From the sequence record SRR22947725_1818: DNA of 64,000 nucleotides; one strand, 5' to 3'. Of the stretch, positions 48,068 through 57,670 are shown one piece after another. Under the pieces are notes generated by a model. It worked only from the letters and a program-made list of their open reading frames with translations. It was not told where the DNA came from and ran no database searches. Both the position numbers and the translations under genes were made by a program. Positions within the stretch are counted from its first letter, which is position 1; each line of letters starts with the position of its first letter.

Positions 48068-48946
48068 ATGAGCGTCGACAGCTACGCATTTCTGCCACGA
48101 GCATTCCGAGCGATGTACGAAGTTGCTCCGCAGCTCGATCATGAGCCCGTGTGGGCCGAATTCGACAAGCCACTTGAGGAAGCGACCATCGGTCTGCTCT
48201 CGAGCGCAGGGATCTTCGTCGAGGGTGAGCAAGCAGGTTTCGATGTCGAACGTGAGCGCCAAGAACCAACGTGGGGTGACCCAACGCTGCGAGTCATCCA
48301 ATCCGACGTCGCGCAGGCTGACATCGGCGCGACGCATCTCCACATTCGAACCGATGATCTGCTTGCAGATGTTGATGTTGCACTGCCGATCAACCGGCTC
48401 AATGAGTTGGCCGCAGAGGGCTGGATCGGCGCATCAGCAAAGGAGCACTTCTCCGTCATGGGATTCCAGGCCGAGGGTGCCGAGGTGTGGCGCACCACGA
48501 CCGGTCCGGAGATCGCGGCGCGCTGTCACGCCGCCGAGATCGATGCGCTGATCCTTGCGCCCGCTTGACCGGATTGCTGCAAGAACGTGCCCGTGTTGGC
48601 ACGGATCATCGAAGCTGCAGGTATCCCCACCGTCACCGTCACGATGATGCCGATCATGTCGGACAAGTATCGCTCGTCACGGATTCTGGGAGTCGAGTAT
48701 CCGTTCGGTCACTCCTTCGGTGCTGCCGGTGACCACGAGATGCAGGGCCGGACACTGTGGGCTGCGCTCCAACTGTTGGTCGCAGCGCCTCGGCCGGGAG
48801 GTCGCTTTGACCTCTCCGAGCAGTGGCCGGGCGACGCACGCGAGGCCTACAAGCGTTGGCAGCCTGACGAACCGAGTCCAATCGTTCTGCACAGTATGGA
48901 GATGATTCGCCAGGCCCAAGCGGCAGCAAAGCAGGCGTCGGACTGA
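48068..48946 (+). CDS. PrdB/GrdB-family selenoprotein (292 aa, Sec167 at in-frame TGA 48566-48568)
   Basis: ORFs 48068-48568 and 48587-48946 are in the same frame; readthrough gives LILAPA-U-PDCCKNVPVLARIIEAAGIPTV, matching the PrdB/GrdB UxxC site. Confidence 0.85.
48569..48607 (+). promoter_or_regulatory. Putative bacterial SECIS element
   Basis: Stem CGTGCC (48586-91)/GGCACG (48598-603) closing loop CGTGTT, 23 nt after the UGA; possible lower stem GATT/GATC. Confidence 0.6.
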
Positions 48947-49019
48947 CGCCCGGCGTGTTCTCGCCGGTTCTGACCTTCAGCCCTGTCGGATTCTGGCCAG
49001 ATGTCGAGAGAATGAGGGC

Positions 49020-49238
49020 ATGAAACTGCTCGAATTCTCCAGGGAGTCCAAGATGCGCCGCGAGGCGGTCGCCGAACAACTTCGTCGTCTCGCCGACCAG
49101 CTTGAGCGGCACAATGATCTCGAATTCAATCTTGAGGGCATCCGATACACGGTCGACGTGCCTGATCAGGTGACGCTTGAAGTCGAACTTGAGCTTGGCG
49201 ACGGTGGCAATGAACTTGAGATCGAGATCAAGTGGTGA
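49020..49238 (+). CDS. Amphi-Trp domain protein
   Basis: AVAEQLRRLADQL amphipathic helix, VPDQVTLEVELE and terminal ELEIEIKW. Confidence 0.9.
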   Translation: MKLLEFSRESKMRREAVAEQLRRLADQLERHNDLEFNLEGIRYTVDVPDQVTLEVELELGDGGNELEIEIKW

Positions 49239-49379
49239 GCGGCCCGGAGTGACTCGGTTCCCTCGAAACGGGGCCCAAGAGTGACCCTCCGTGCGCGAGG
49301 ATCCACGTAAGCCCTCCCCTCGGCCGTATGATCTCCGCAGAGCACGTCAGTAGGGCGTGTTCGAAGCGAAAGAGAACCA

Positions 49380-49577
49380 ATGCAAGGCACCGTGAAGTTT
49401 TTCAACAGCGAGAAGGGCTTCGGCTTCATCTCACGCGAGGGTGGGGAGGACGTGTTCGTCCATCACTCCAACATCTCCGGAGAGGGCTACAAGTCCCTCG
49501 ACGAGGGTCAGAGCGTCGAATTCGACATCGGTCAAGGCCGGAAGGGTGACGAAGCTCAGAACGTCCGAGCACTCTGA
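49380..49577 (+). CDS. cspA: Cold-shock protein
   Basis: [15 protein letters not shown] (RNP1), DVFVHHS (RNP2); TATGAT -10 at 49327-49332. Confidence 0.96.
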   Translation: MQGTVKFFNSEKGFGFISREGGEDVFVHHSNISGEGYKSLDEGQSVEFDIGQGRKGDEAQNVRAL

Positions 49578-49591
49578 ACACCACGCTTTAA

Positions 49592-49634
49592 ACAGCGCCG
49601 CCGACCTCCAAGGGTCGGCGGCGTTGTGCGTTTT
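49592..49634 (+). terminator. Intrinsic terminator between convergent csp and GerMN genes
   Basis: 15-bp stem ACAGCGCCGCCGACC/GGTCGGCGGCGTTGT, 6-nt loop, then GCGTTTT. Confidence 0.85.
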
Positions 49635-49671
49635 CGGGCGCCACGCCGTCCAGCGTGTCTGAGGGGGAGCG

Positions 49672-50688
49672 TTACCGTTCGGGCAAGACGATTGGGACCT
49701 CGACAAGATTGACAGGGGCGCCGTCACGTGGGGAGTCTTCCCACATGATGATGGCGCCGGGTCCGGGTTGGTACTCCGACGGGAAGTCCGATACATCGAC
49801 CGCCACTTCGAAGATGCCCCAGGTCCCGTTGCCGCCGGTCGCTGTCGTGAAGCCCTCGGTCATGAGCTCGCCGTCGTTGTCGCCGCTCGTAATGGCGTAT
49901 CGGACTGTCGCTTCGAACGTGTTCGATTCTCCTCGAATCACCAGCGGGTTGGTGACCTCAGCGCCAGGGGACGGCTGCTCGATCATGATGCTGGCCCGAA
50001 CCTCCGCGAAACTGTCACGGGTCAGCCCTTCACCGACCACGAACCCGTGCGACAGGATTGGGTCGACCGCCGTGCCCTCGATGTGGAACTTCACTCGGTC
50101 GATTTCGTCGAACTGGGTGATGGTGAAGACGACCTGAGCCAGCCGAATCGTCTCGTCCAGCGAGCCACTCGAGCTCGCGAATTCTGTCGAGAGGTCGACG
50201 GTTGCGGTCGCTCCGTCGCGGGCGATTCCGAGCACCTTCGTGCCGGGTGGAATGCTGGTCGTCATTCTGATTGACCGCTCATCGGCGTTCAATCCGTTGA
50301 ACAGCATCTCCAGGCTGCTGCGGACGGGGACGTCGGCGGCGACCTCACGTGTCCCCGCGCCCAGACGTTCCGGGGAGCCAGCCGAAGGGTTCCGGACAGT
50401 CCAGCCCCAGTAGACGTTCGCAGAGGTCGTCGTGGCCGGCAGGGGAGTCGTCGCGGTCGCCTCGGCGGTCGTCGTGGCGGGCAGGAGAGTCGTCGCGGTC
50501 GCCTCGGTGGTCGTCGTGGTGTCAATGGTGCTGGTGCTGGTGCTGCTCTCCGGTTCCGCGCTGGGCACCGAAGGCGTCGATTCCGTCCCAACTTCGGCAG
50601 CGCCACCACACGAGACACCAAGACACCCCAGCCCGAACGCGACAGCGCCGACGATGACGAGACTCTTCTGCGGCCATCTGGCGGGCAT
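49672..50688 (-). CDS. Lipoprotein with GerMN and Gmad2 Ig-like domains
   Basis: LGVSC lipobox, Thr-rich linker, TSIPPGT..ATVDLS..RLAQVVFTITQF, GESNTFEATV..WGIF; AGGAGG RBS. Confidence 0.88.
   Translation of the reverse strand: MPARWPQKSLVIVGAVAFGLGCLGVSCGGAAEVGTESTPSVPSAEPESSTSTSTIDTTTTTEATATTLLPATTTAEATATTPLPATTTSANVYWGWTVRNPSAGSPERLGAGTREVAADVPVRSSLEMLFNGLNADERSIRMTTSIPPGTKVLGIARDGATATVDLSTEFASSSGSLDETIRLAQVVFTITQFDEIDRVKFHIEGTAVDPILSHGFVVGEGLTRDSFAEVRASIMIEQPSPGAEVTNPLVIRGESNTFEATVRYAITSGDNDGELMTEGFTTATGGNGTWGIFEVAVDVSDFPSEYQPGPGAIIMWEDSPRDGAPVNLVEVPIVLPER
50425..50519. repeat. 42-bp intragenic tandem repeat (about 2.3 copies) in the Thr-rich linker
   Basis: Copies start at 50425, 50467 and 50509; encode TTT(T/A)EATATT(L/P)LPA. 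Confidence 0.85.
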
Positions 50689-50788
50689 CGTGCACCTCCT
50701 GATATCACCGTCGCGCCAACGCTGTCGCTGGCCCAGGGTCGAACGTCACGTGGTCACATCGTCAGCTCGGAGGGCTGATGACAGGCGA

Positions 50789-52294
50789 TTAGGTGCGCTG
50801 GTAGTTCGGGGCTTCCTTGGTAATCGTCACGTCGTGCGGGTGGCTCTCTTGGCGGCCGGCGGTGGTGACCCGCATCATCTTGGCGCTGCGCAGCTGCGCC
50901 AGCGTCGCGGCCCCTGCGTAGCCCATGCCGGAGCGGAGGCCACCGACCAGCTGGTAGGCAACGTCACCGAGCGGGCCGGAGAACGGGACGCGACCCTCAA
51001 TCCCTTCGGGCACGAGCTTCTGGCTCGCTGCACCGACTGCACTCTTCGAACTGGAGGACTGGCCGGTGGCGTAACGGTCTTGGCTGTCGCCCGTCATCGC
51101 GCCCATCGAGCCCATGCCGCGGTAACTCTTGTATCGGCGGCCCTCGAACAGCTCCATCTCGCCCGGGCTCTCCTCAACTCCTGCAAGCAGGGATCCGAGC
51201 ATGACCGTTTCAGCACCAGCAGTGATCGCCTTCACGATGTCGCCGGAGAACGTGATGCCGCCGTCGCCGATGATCGGGATGCCCATCTCCTTGGCGCGTT
51301 TTGAGGCGAAGTAGATCGCCGACAGCTGAGGCATTCCCGCGCCGGATACGACACGGGTCGTACAGATCGAGCCTGCACCCACGCCGACCTTGACCGCATC
51401 GGCGCCGGCCTTGGCCAACGCTTCTACACCATCTTCGGTCACCACGTTGCCGGCGGTGACGGCAAGTTCAGGCCAGGAACCCTTCACCCGCTCGATGGTC
51501 TTGATCACGTTTGCCGAATGCCCGTGCGCCGTGTCGATCGACACCGCATCGACCCCCATCGAAACCAACGCGTCGACGCGCTCTTCGACATCGGCGCCTA
51601 CACCGATTGCCGCAGCGCAGCGGAGACGTCCCTTGCCATCGCGGGAAGCGTTCGGGAAATCCAACCGCTTCTGGATGTCCTTCACCGTGATGAGGCCGGC
51701 CAGACAACCGACGCCGTCGACGAGCGGCAGCTTCTCGATGCGATGTTCCTGCAACAGCAACTTTGCCTCATCGAGGGACGTACCGACGGCGGCGGTGACT
51801 AAGCGGTCAGAGGTCATGAAGTCGGTCACTGGCCTGTCAAAGTCGGTCCCTTCGCAGAACCGGATGTCACGGTTGGTCAGAATCCCCACGAGGTGACCCT
51901 CGTCGTCGGTGATCGGCACACCACTGAACTTGAACCGGTGCATCAACGCCTCGGCCTCATGCAGCAGCGCAGTCGGTGGGAGCGTGACCGGGTCGGTGAT
52001 CATGCCCGATTGGCTGCGCTTGACCTTCTGCACTTCAGACGCCTGATCAGCGATCGACATGTTGCGATGGATCACACCGATGCCGCCGTAGCGGGCCATG
52101 GCGATGGCCATCCGGCCCTCGGTCACCTTGTCCATCGCTGCGGACACAAGGGGCACGGCCAGTTCGATGTCGCCGGCGAACGTCGCGGTCGTATCGACCT
52201 CGTCGGGCAAGGTTTCGGAAAACCCAGGGATGACGACGACGTCGTCGAACGTCAGCGCCTCAAATCGGTCGAAGAGATCGTCGTTGATACTCAT
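50789..52294 (-). CDS. guaB: IMP dehydrogenase
   Basis: ALTFDDV, SAAMD, CBS pair, [28 protein letters not shown]. Confidence 0.97.
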   Translation of the reverse strand: MSINDDLFDRFEALTFDDVVVIPGFSETLPDEVDTTATFAGDIELAVPLVSAAMDKVTEGRMAIAMARYGGIGVIHRNMSIADQASEVQKVKRSQSGMITDPVTLPPTALLHEAEALMHRFKFSGVPITDDEGHLVGILTNRDIRFCEGTDFDRPVTDFMTSDRLVTAAVGTSLDEAKLLLQEHRIEKLPLVDGVGCLAGLITVKDIQKRLDFPNASRDGKGRLRCAAAIGVGADVEERVDALVSMGVDAVSIDTAHGHSANVIKTIERVKGSWPELAVTAGNVVTEDGVEALAKAGADAVKVGVGAGSICTTRVVSGAGMPQLSAIYFASKRAKEMGIPIIGDGGITFSGDIVKAITAGAETVMLGSLLAGVEESPGEMELFEGRRYKSYRGMGSMGAMTGDSQDRYATGQSSSSKSAVGAASQKLVPEGIEGRVPFSGPLGDVAYQLVGGLRSGMGYAGAATLAQLRSAKMMRVTTAGRQESHPHDVTITKEAPNYQRT

Positions 52295-52320
52295 GGTTGA
52301 TCCTCTGATAGATGTTGATG

Positions 52321-53007
52321 TCAGGTCAAGGGGGGAGTGGGCGCTGCTGTTTCCAGTGTGACAGCACGGTGCAAGTCGTCAATGTCGGTGAAGCGGCGCG
52401 AGCACAGGTTCGCCATGACGCCGACGAGGAGGCGGTGCTCGATGGCATGCACCGCAGTCTCGAATTCTTCGATGGAGCGAGTCGTGTCGATCGGTACTGC
52501 CTCGGTGGCGAGCAGTGGGCCGTCGTCGACACCTTCGTCGGGAACGAAGTGAACCATCACGCCCGACTCGGTTCGAGTACCCGCAACCGCTTCGTCCCAG
52601 GCACGCTCGATCGCGCGCAGCCCAGGCAACTCACCTGGCTGAGCTGGGTGCAGGTTGACCACTCGACCGGGAAACCAGCCCAAGAAGCTCATCGTGAGAA
52701 TTCGCATCCAGCCAGCCAGCACGATGAAGTCGGGATCGAACCCGGCGACCAACTCGGTGAGCCGGGCGTCGTAGTCCGGCCGGTCTTCACCCGAACGCAT
52801 GCCAATACGAACAGCGGGTACACCTGCGGCGTCGGCGCGCTGCAGTGCAAACACGTCCGCCTTGTTTGACACCACCGCAACCACCCGGCCATTGATCCGG
52901 CCGTCAGCACACGCGTCGAGGATGGCCTGCAGGTTGGATCCGTTGCCGGACACCATCACCACCAACCGCTGTTCGCGAACAGGACGTTCCGGCTGCTCGC
53001 CAATCAT
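52321..53007 (-). CDS. purN: Phosphoribosylglycinamide formyltransferase
   Basis: SGNGSNLQA, LAGWMRIL, NLHPA, GVMVH, VDDGP; ATG 53007 overlaps the purDM stop (ATGA). Confidence 0.95.
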   Translation of the reverse strand: MIGEQPERPVREQRLVVMVSGNGSNLQAILDACADGRINGRVVAVVSNKADVFALQRADAAGVPAVRIGMRSGEDRPDYDARLTELVAGFDPDFIVLAGWMRILTMSFLGWFPGRVVNLHPAQPGELPGLRAIERAWDEAVAGTRTESGVMVHFVPDEGVDDGPLLATEAVPIDTTRSIEEFETAVHAIEHRLLVGVMANLCSRRFTDIDDLHRAVTLETAAPTPPLT

Positions 53008-55208
53008 GACAACACCACTCTTTCGTTCGTCGAGCCCGGCGTTCGGTCGGTCAGTTCGCCGATGACCCACGTGGTCTCGGCGATCGATGCTTGCACTACG
53101 GCTGTCTGGTCAGGAGCGCACACGACAACCATGCCGACGCCCATGTTGAGGGTCCGGTACAACTCGACGGTGTCCATCTGCGGAGTCAGCTCGCGGACAA
53201 GCTGGAAGAGGGGTGGCACGGGCCAGGAACCCAACGTGATGTTTGCATCGACATTGTCGGGCAGCACCCGCGGCAGGTTCTCGGGGAGTCCGCCGCCCGT
53301 GATGTGGGCCAATGCCTTCACGGCGCCCGTCTCGAACGTGGGTGTCAGGAGATCGAGATACGAGCGGTGAGGTTCGAGCAGGGTCTCGCCGAGAGGACGG
53401 TCGAAGCCGTCGGGCGCCACATCCATCGGGGCCCACTCAAAGATCTTGCGCAACATCGAATAGCCATTCGTATGCGGCCCACTCGATGCAATGCCGATGA
53501 GAACGTCCCCTGCGGCAACATCGTCGCGCGGGAGCAACTCGGACCGCTCGGCAACACCGATCAGCGTGCCGGCGATATCGAACGAGCCGGGCTGATAGAC
53601 GCCTGGCATCTCGGCGGTCTCGCCCCCGAGCAATGCACACCCAGCGGCTTTGCACGCGTCAGCCATCCCGCCGACAACCTCGGCCACCAGGTCGGCGTCG
53701 AGGACGCTCGCCGCGATGTAGTCCAGAAAGAACAGCGGTCGGGCCGACTGCACCAGGACGTCGTCAATGCAGTGGTTGACGATGTCCATGCCGACGCCGC
53801 GGACCATGCCCAAGCGCGCGGCCAACTCGACCTTGGTGCCCACCCCGTCGGTGGAGGCCACCAGCACCGGCTGATCCATTGCCTGAATACCCGCAGCGGA
53901 AAACACGCCGCCGAAGCTGCCGACGCCCTTGAGGACGCCCTCACCGGGCGTGTCGTGAGTGGCTTCGACGGCGGCCTTCATCTCGTCAACGGCGCGTGTG
54001 CCCTCGTCGATGTCGACGCCGGCCGCGGCATAGCTGGCAAGGCCCGCACCGGGCGCCCGCCACGCAATGTCGCGTCGCACCTGCATGCCGTCGAACGTGA
54101 TCCTTGCCATCCGGCCGTAGGCCCGATCGCGAGCAGCGCCCAGATCGGTGCCCAGTCCGGTGACGGCCAAGACGCGACCCCCCGATGTCTTTCCATCGGC
54201 GCCGACTCCCGCATCAAAGCGATAGGTGCCCTCCACGTCACCGCGATCAATGATCGAGTGTCCAGTGCCAGGGTCGTCTGGATAGCCAGGCGATGCTGCA
54301 ACAACGGTGACCGCTGACTGGGTCGAAATTCGCAGTGGCACACTGCCCACATCGCCTTGCGTGCAGGCGAGCGCCAATTCCGCGAGGTCGGTCTCGAGGA
54401 GAGGCAACACCGTTTGCGCCTCAGGGTCGCCGAAGCGCACGTTGTACTCAATGAGGCGCGGACCGTCGGGGGTGAGCATGAGTCCCGCGAAGATCACGCC
54501 CACGTAGGGGGTGCCCTTGGCAGCGAAGTGGTCGAGTACTGGTTGTACGAACTCGGCGATCAGTTCATCACCACTGAACGGAACTGGTGCGGGCGCATAG
54601 GCGCCCATGCCGCCGGTGTTGGGTCCGGTGTCGCCCTCACCAATGCGTTTGTGATCCTGTGCCAAGGGCAGCGCAACAGCAGCCGTGCCGTCACACAGCG
54701 CGAGTAGTGAACACTCGGGCCCGCGCAACCGCTCCTCCAGCAGGAATGGTCCGGTCGACGCAGCATCGGCAATGGCCTGCCGTGTCTCGGTATCGCTGTC
54801 GGGAACTGCAACGCCCTTACCGGCAGCCAAACCATCGAGTTTGACGACGACGGGTGCATCCAAATCGGCCCACCAGGCGAGTGCGGCGTCCTCTCGGTCG
54901 TTGCCCTCAAACCGGGCAAAGGCCGGGCCGGCAATACCCAGTTCGGTTGCCAGATCGCGGGCGAATCCCTTTGAGGCTTCCAACTGCGCCAGTTCGGCTG
55001 TCGGTCCAAACGACGGGATGCCTCGCTCAGTTGCGAGATCAGTCATGCCCGCAACCAGCGCGGCTTCCGGGCCGGGAATCACCAGATCGGTGTCATTTGT
55101 GCTTGCGTCGTCGAGACCAGAGGCCAACCGAACGTCATGCCCATGCTGTCGACAGGCCCAGGCAATCGCCTGCTCGCGGCCGCCGCCGCCAATCACCAAG
55201 ATGCGCAT
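53004..55208 (-). CDS. purD-purM: Fused GAR synthetase-AIR synthetase (PurD-PurM)
   Basis: N-half GGGGRE, KLDGLAAGKGV, DHKR..GPNTGGMG, EYNVRFGDPE; C-half YAAAGVDI, STDGVGTK, GGETAEMP, HITGGG, NMGVG. Confidence 0.95.
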   Translation of the reverse strand: MRILVIGGGGREQAIAWACRQHGHDVRLASGLDDASTNDTDLVIPGPEAALVAGMTDLATERGIPSFGPTAELAQLEASKGFARDLATELGIAGPAFARFEGNDREDAALAWWADLDAPVVVKLDGLAAGKGVAVPDSDTETRQAIADAASTGPFLLEERLRGPECSLLALCDGTAAVALPLAQDHKRIGEGDTGPNTGGMGAYAPAPVPFSGDELIAEFVQPVLDHFAAKGTPYVGVIFAGLMLTPDGPRLIEYNVRFGDPEAQTVLPLLETDLAELALACTQGDVGSVPLRISTQSAVTVVAASPGYPDDPGTGHSIIDRGDVEGTYRFDAGVGADGKTSGGRVLAVTGLGTDLGAARDRAYGRMARITFDGMQVRRDIAWRAPGAGLASYAAAGVDIDEGTRAVDEMKAAVEATHDTPGEGVLKGVGSFGGVFSAAGIQAMDQPVLVASTDGVGTKVELAARLGMVRGVGMDIVNHCIDDVLVQSARPLFFLDYIAASVLDADLVAEVVGGMADACKAAGCALLGGETAEMPGVYQPGSFDIAGTLIGVAERSELLPRDDVAAGDVLIGIASSGPHTNGYSMLRKIFEWAPMDVAPDGFDRPLGETLLEPHRSYLDLLTPTFETGAVKALAHITGGGLPENLPRVLPDNVDANITLGSWPVPPLFQLVRELTPQMDTVELYRTLNMGVGMVVVCAPDQTAVVQASIAETTWVIGELTDRTPGSTNERVVLS

Positions 55209-56719
55209 CAGGCGATCACTCCCTCGAACGCCAGCTTGGCCTGCGCATCACCGACAGCGAGCGGGTAGTCGCCCGTGAAGCATGCGTTGCAGTACCCCTC
55301 GCCGGACTCGGTGTCGTTGACGGCTCGCATCATCCCTTCCAGCGACAGGAAGGCAAGGCTGTCGGCACCGATGTGCTCTTGAATCTCAGCGACCGAGAGT
55401 CGTGCGGCCATCAGGTCGTTGTCGTGGCCCATGTCGACGCCGAAGTGGCAGGCATGCTTGATCGGCGGACACGTGATGCGCATATGCACTTCGCTCGCCC
55501 CAGCGTCTCGAACCAACTTCACGAGCGGACCGGCGGTCGTGCCACGGACGAGCGAATCGTCGATCATGATCACCCGCTTCCCCTTGAGGTTTTCGCTCAG
55601 CGCATTGAACTTCAGCGCGACACCGCGTTCGCGGATGTCCTGCGTGGGTTCGATGAACGTGCGGCCGATGTACCGATTCTTGATCAGCCCATCGTTGAAC
55701 GGCAGTCCACTCTCCCGTGCGAAGCCGATCGCGGCAGGAATCGACGAGTCGGGTACGGGAATGACGACATCGGCATCGACCATCGATTCCCTCGCCAGCT
55801 CGATACCCAGCCGCTGCCGCGCGTGGTGCACGCTCTTGCCATCCCACACAGAGTCGGGACGCGAGAAGTAGACGAACTCGAACGTGCAGCGCGCACCTTT
55901 GGGTTGGGGCGCCAGCACCTGGGTCCGCTCGATCTCGCTGCCGCGCAACGTGACCATTTCGCCGGGTTTGACCTCGTCGATGTCCACGCAGCCCAGCGTT
56001 GACAGTGCACAGGTCTCGCTTGCGACGGCATGGCCGCCATGAGGGAGGCGTCCGACGCTCAGCGGACGGAAACCCCATGGGTCGCGCACGGCAATGACCT
56101 GGTCGGCCGCCAGAATGACCAGGGAGTACGCGCCTTTCCAGGCAGGCAACGTTCGCTCGATCCGCTCCTGCCAAGTCTGCCCGCCAGCAGCAGCGAGCAT
56201 CAGCGTGAACACCTCGGTATCGCTGGTGGCCGTCAGGCCGAACCCCTTGTTCAGTAACTCGTCACGCAATGCCGTCGCGTTGACCAGGTTGCCGTTGTGG
56301 GCCACCGACAGCGGCCCGTGCATGGTCTCGACGAGGAACGGCTGGATGTTGCGCTCGGCATTTGACCCCGTGGTGCTGTAGCGGGTGTGCCCGATGGCGT
56401 GGTAGCCGGTCAAGGGTGCGAGCGCCTCGGGCGTGAACACCGTGGAGACGAGACCCGCTTCTTTATGCAACCGTGACCGTTTGCCGTCACTCACCGCAAT
56501 ACCTGCGGCCTCCTGTCCTCGATGCTGCAACGCAAACAGCCCGAAGAACGCCAGCTGCGCGACGCCCTCTCCGTGCGGCGTCGACAGACCGAGGACGCCG
56601 CACTCGTCGCGTGGCTTGTCGCTGATGCGCACCGGCGTTTCCGTTGTTTGCGTACCCAGGAGGTGTCGTCCGCGACCCGTGCCGGGTACGCAAACGGATG
56701 TGTGGGGTGTTGTGTTCAT
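55208..56719 (-). CDS. purF: Amidophosphoribosyltransferase with long propeptide
   Basis: DECGV (catalytic Cys40), LQHRGQE, HTRYST, HNGN, DDSLVRGTT, CNACF; ATGA overlap with purC and GGAG RBS. Confidence 0.96.
   Translation of the reverse strand: MNTTPHTSVCVPGTGRGRHLLGTQTTETPVRISDKPRDECGVLGLSTPHGEGVAQLAFFGLFALQHRGQEAAGIAVSDGKRSRLHKEAGLVSTVFTPEALAPLTGYHAIGHTRYSTTGSNAERNIQPFLVETMHGPLSVAHNGNLVNATALRDELLNKGFGLTATSDTEVFTLMLAAAGGQTWQERIERTLPAWKGAYSLVILAADQVIAVRDPWGFRPLSVGRLPHGGHAVASETCALSTLGCVDIDEVKPGEMVTLRGSEIERTQVLAPQPKGARCTFEFVYFSRPDSVWDGKSVHHARQRLGIELARESMVDADVVIPVPDSSIPAAIGFARESGLPFNDGLIKNRYIGRTFIEPTQDIRERGVALKFNALSENLKGKRVIMIDDSLVRGTTAGPLVKLVRDAGASEVHMRITCPPIKHACHFGVDMGHDNDLMAARLSVAEIQEHIGADSLAFLSLEGMMRAVNDTESGEGYCNACFTGDYPLAVGDAQAKLAFEGVIA
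56646..56695. repeat. REP-like inverted repeat inside the 5' end of purF
   Basis: Perfect 12-bp arms GTTTGCGTACCC / GGGTACGCAAAC with a 26-nt spacer. Confidence 0.75.
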
Positions 56720-57666
56720 GCAGGAATCTCCAGTGCGCTGACTGCGTCAATGATGCGTTGTTCGGCGGGATAAGTGGCCCGTTCGAAGGCGAGCCCCGTG
56801 AGGCGCTCGTAGGTCTCGATGTAGCGAGCGCTTGTCTGCTCCCACACCTCGGCGGGCAGCTCAGGGACATCGCCTTCGCCGGTGTAGCCGACGTCGGCCA
56901 GGGCCCGGCGGACGACTTCTTTGTCGAGGCTCTGCGGCTCCAGGCCGGCGGCCAACTGCTCCTCGTACGTCTCGGCGACCCAGTATCGCGAGGAGTCGGG
57001 CGTGTGGACCTCGTCGATCAGCATCACGGCGCCAGCTGCGTCGAGGCCGAACTCGTACTTCGTGTCGGCCAAAATGAGCCCGCCAGCCGCTGCTCGTTCG
57101 CGGCCACGTTCGAACACCGCAAGTGCTGCTGTGCCAACCTGATCCCAGACATCACGATCGACGTGGCCCTCGGCAACAACGTCCTGAATGTCGAGTGGAA
57201 CGTCGTGCTCGCCGAAGTCGCCCTTGGTGGTGGGCGTGATGATGGGCTCGGGCAATGCGGTGTTCTTGGCTAAACCATCGGGGAACTCATGGCCGTAGAT
57301 GTTGCGAGCACCCGCCGCGTACTGCGTCCACAACGCCGTGTCGGTGACTCCACTGATGTGTCCACGGACGACGACCTCAACGCTGAGTGGAGCGGCCTCG
57401 CGGGCAACAAGGACGTTCGGATCGGGCAGCGACACGACATGATTCGGCACGATGTCGGCGGTTTGCTCGAACCACCAGGCCGCCAGTTGGTTCAACACCT
57501 GGCCCTTGTAGGGCACCCGGGCGATGATCCGATCGAATGCAGACAACCGGTCCGTGGTGACGAAGAGCCGCTGCCCTGAGCCGAACGCGTACGAAACGCG
57601 CACCTTGCCGAGCCGGCGATCATGGAGTGGTAACTCGATGCTGTCGAACGGCTCGGGGAGTGTCAC
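56716..57666 (-). CDS. purC: SAICAR synthetase
   Basis: GKVR, TDRLSAFD, EVVVRG, TPTTK, ADTKYEFG, DEVHTPDSSRYW; start trimmed to GTG 57666. Confidence 0.95.
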   Translation of the reverse strand: MTLPEPFDSIELPLHDRRLGKVRVSYAFGSGQRLFVTTDRLSAFDRIIARVPYKGQVLNQLAAWWFEQTADIVPNHVVSLPDPNVLVAREAAPLSVEVVVRGHISGVTDTALWTQYAAGARNIYGHEFPDGLAKNTALPEPIITPTTKGDFGEHDVPLDIQDVVAEGHVDRDVWDQVGTAALAVFERGRERAAAGGLILADTKYEFGLDAAGAVMLIDEVHTPDSSRYWVAETYEEQLAAGLEPQSLDKEVVRRALADVGYTGEGDVPELPAEVWEQTSARYIETYERLTGLAFERATYPAEQRIIDAVSALEIPA

Positions 57667-57670
57667 GTGC

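Noticed and set aside
48947-49379. tRNA-Sec (selC) or other tRNA near the selenoprotein
   Set aside because: No cloverleaf or T-loop consensus recognised here or in other intergenic gaps; Sec machinery must lie elsewhere if present
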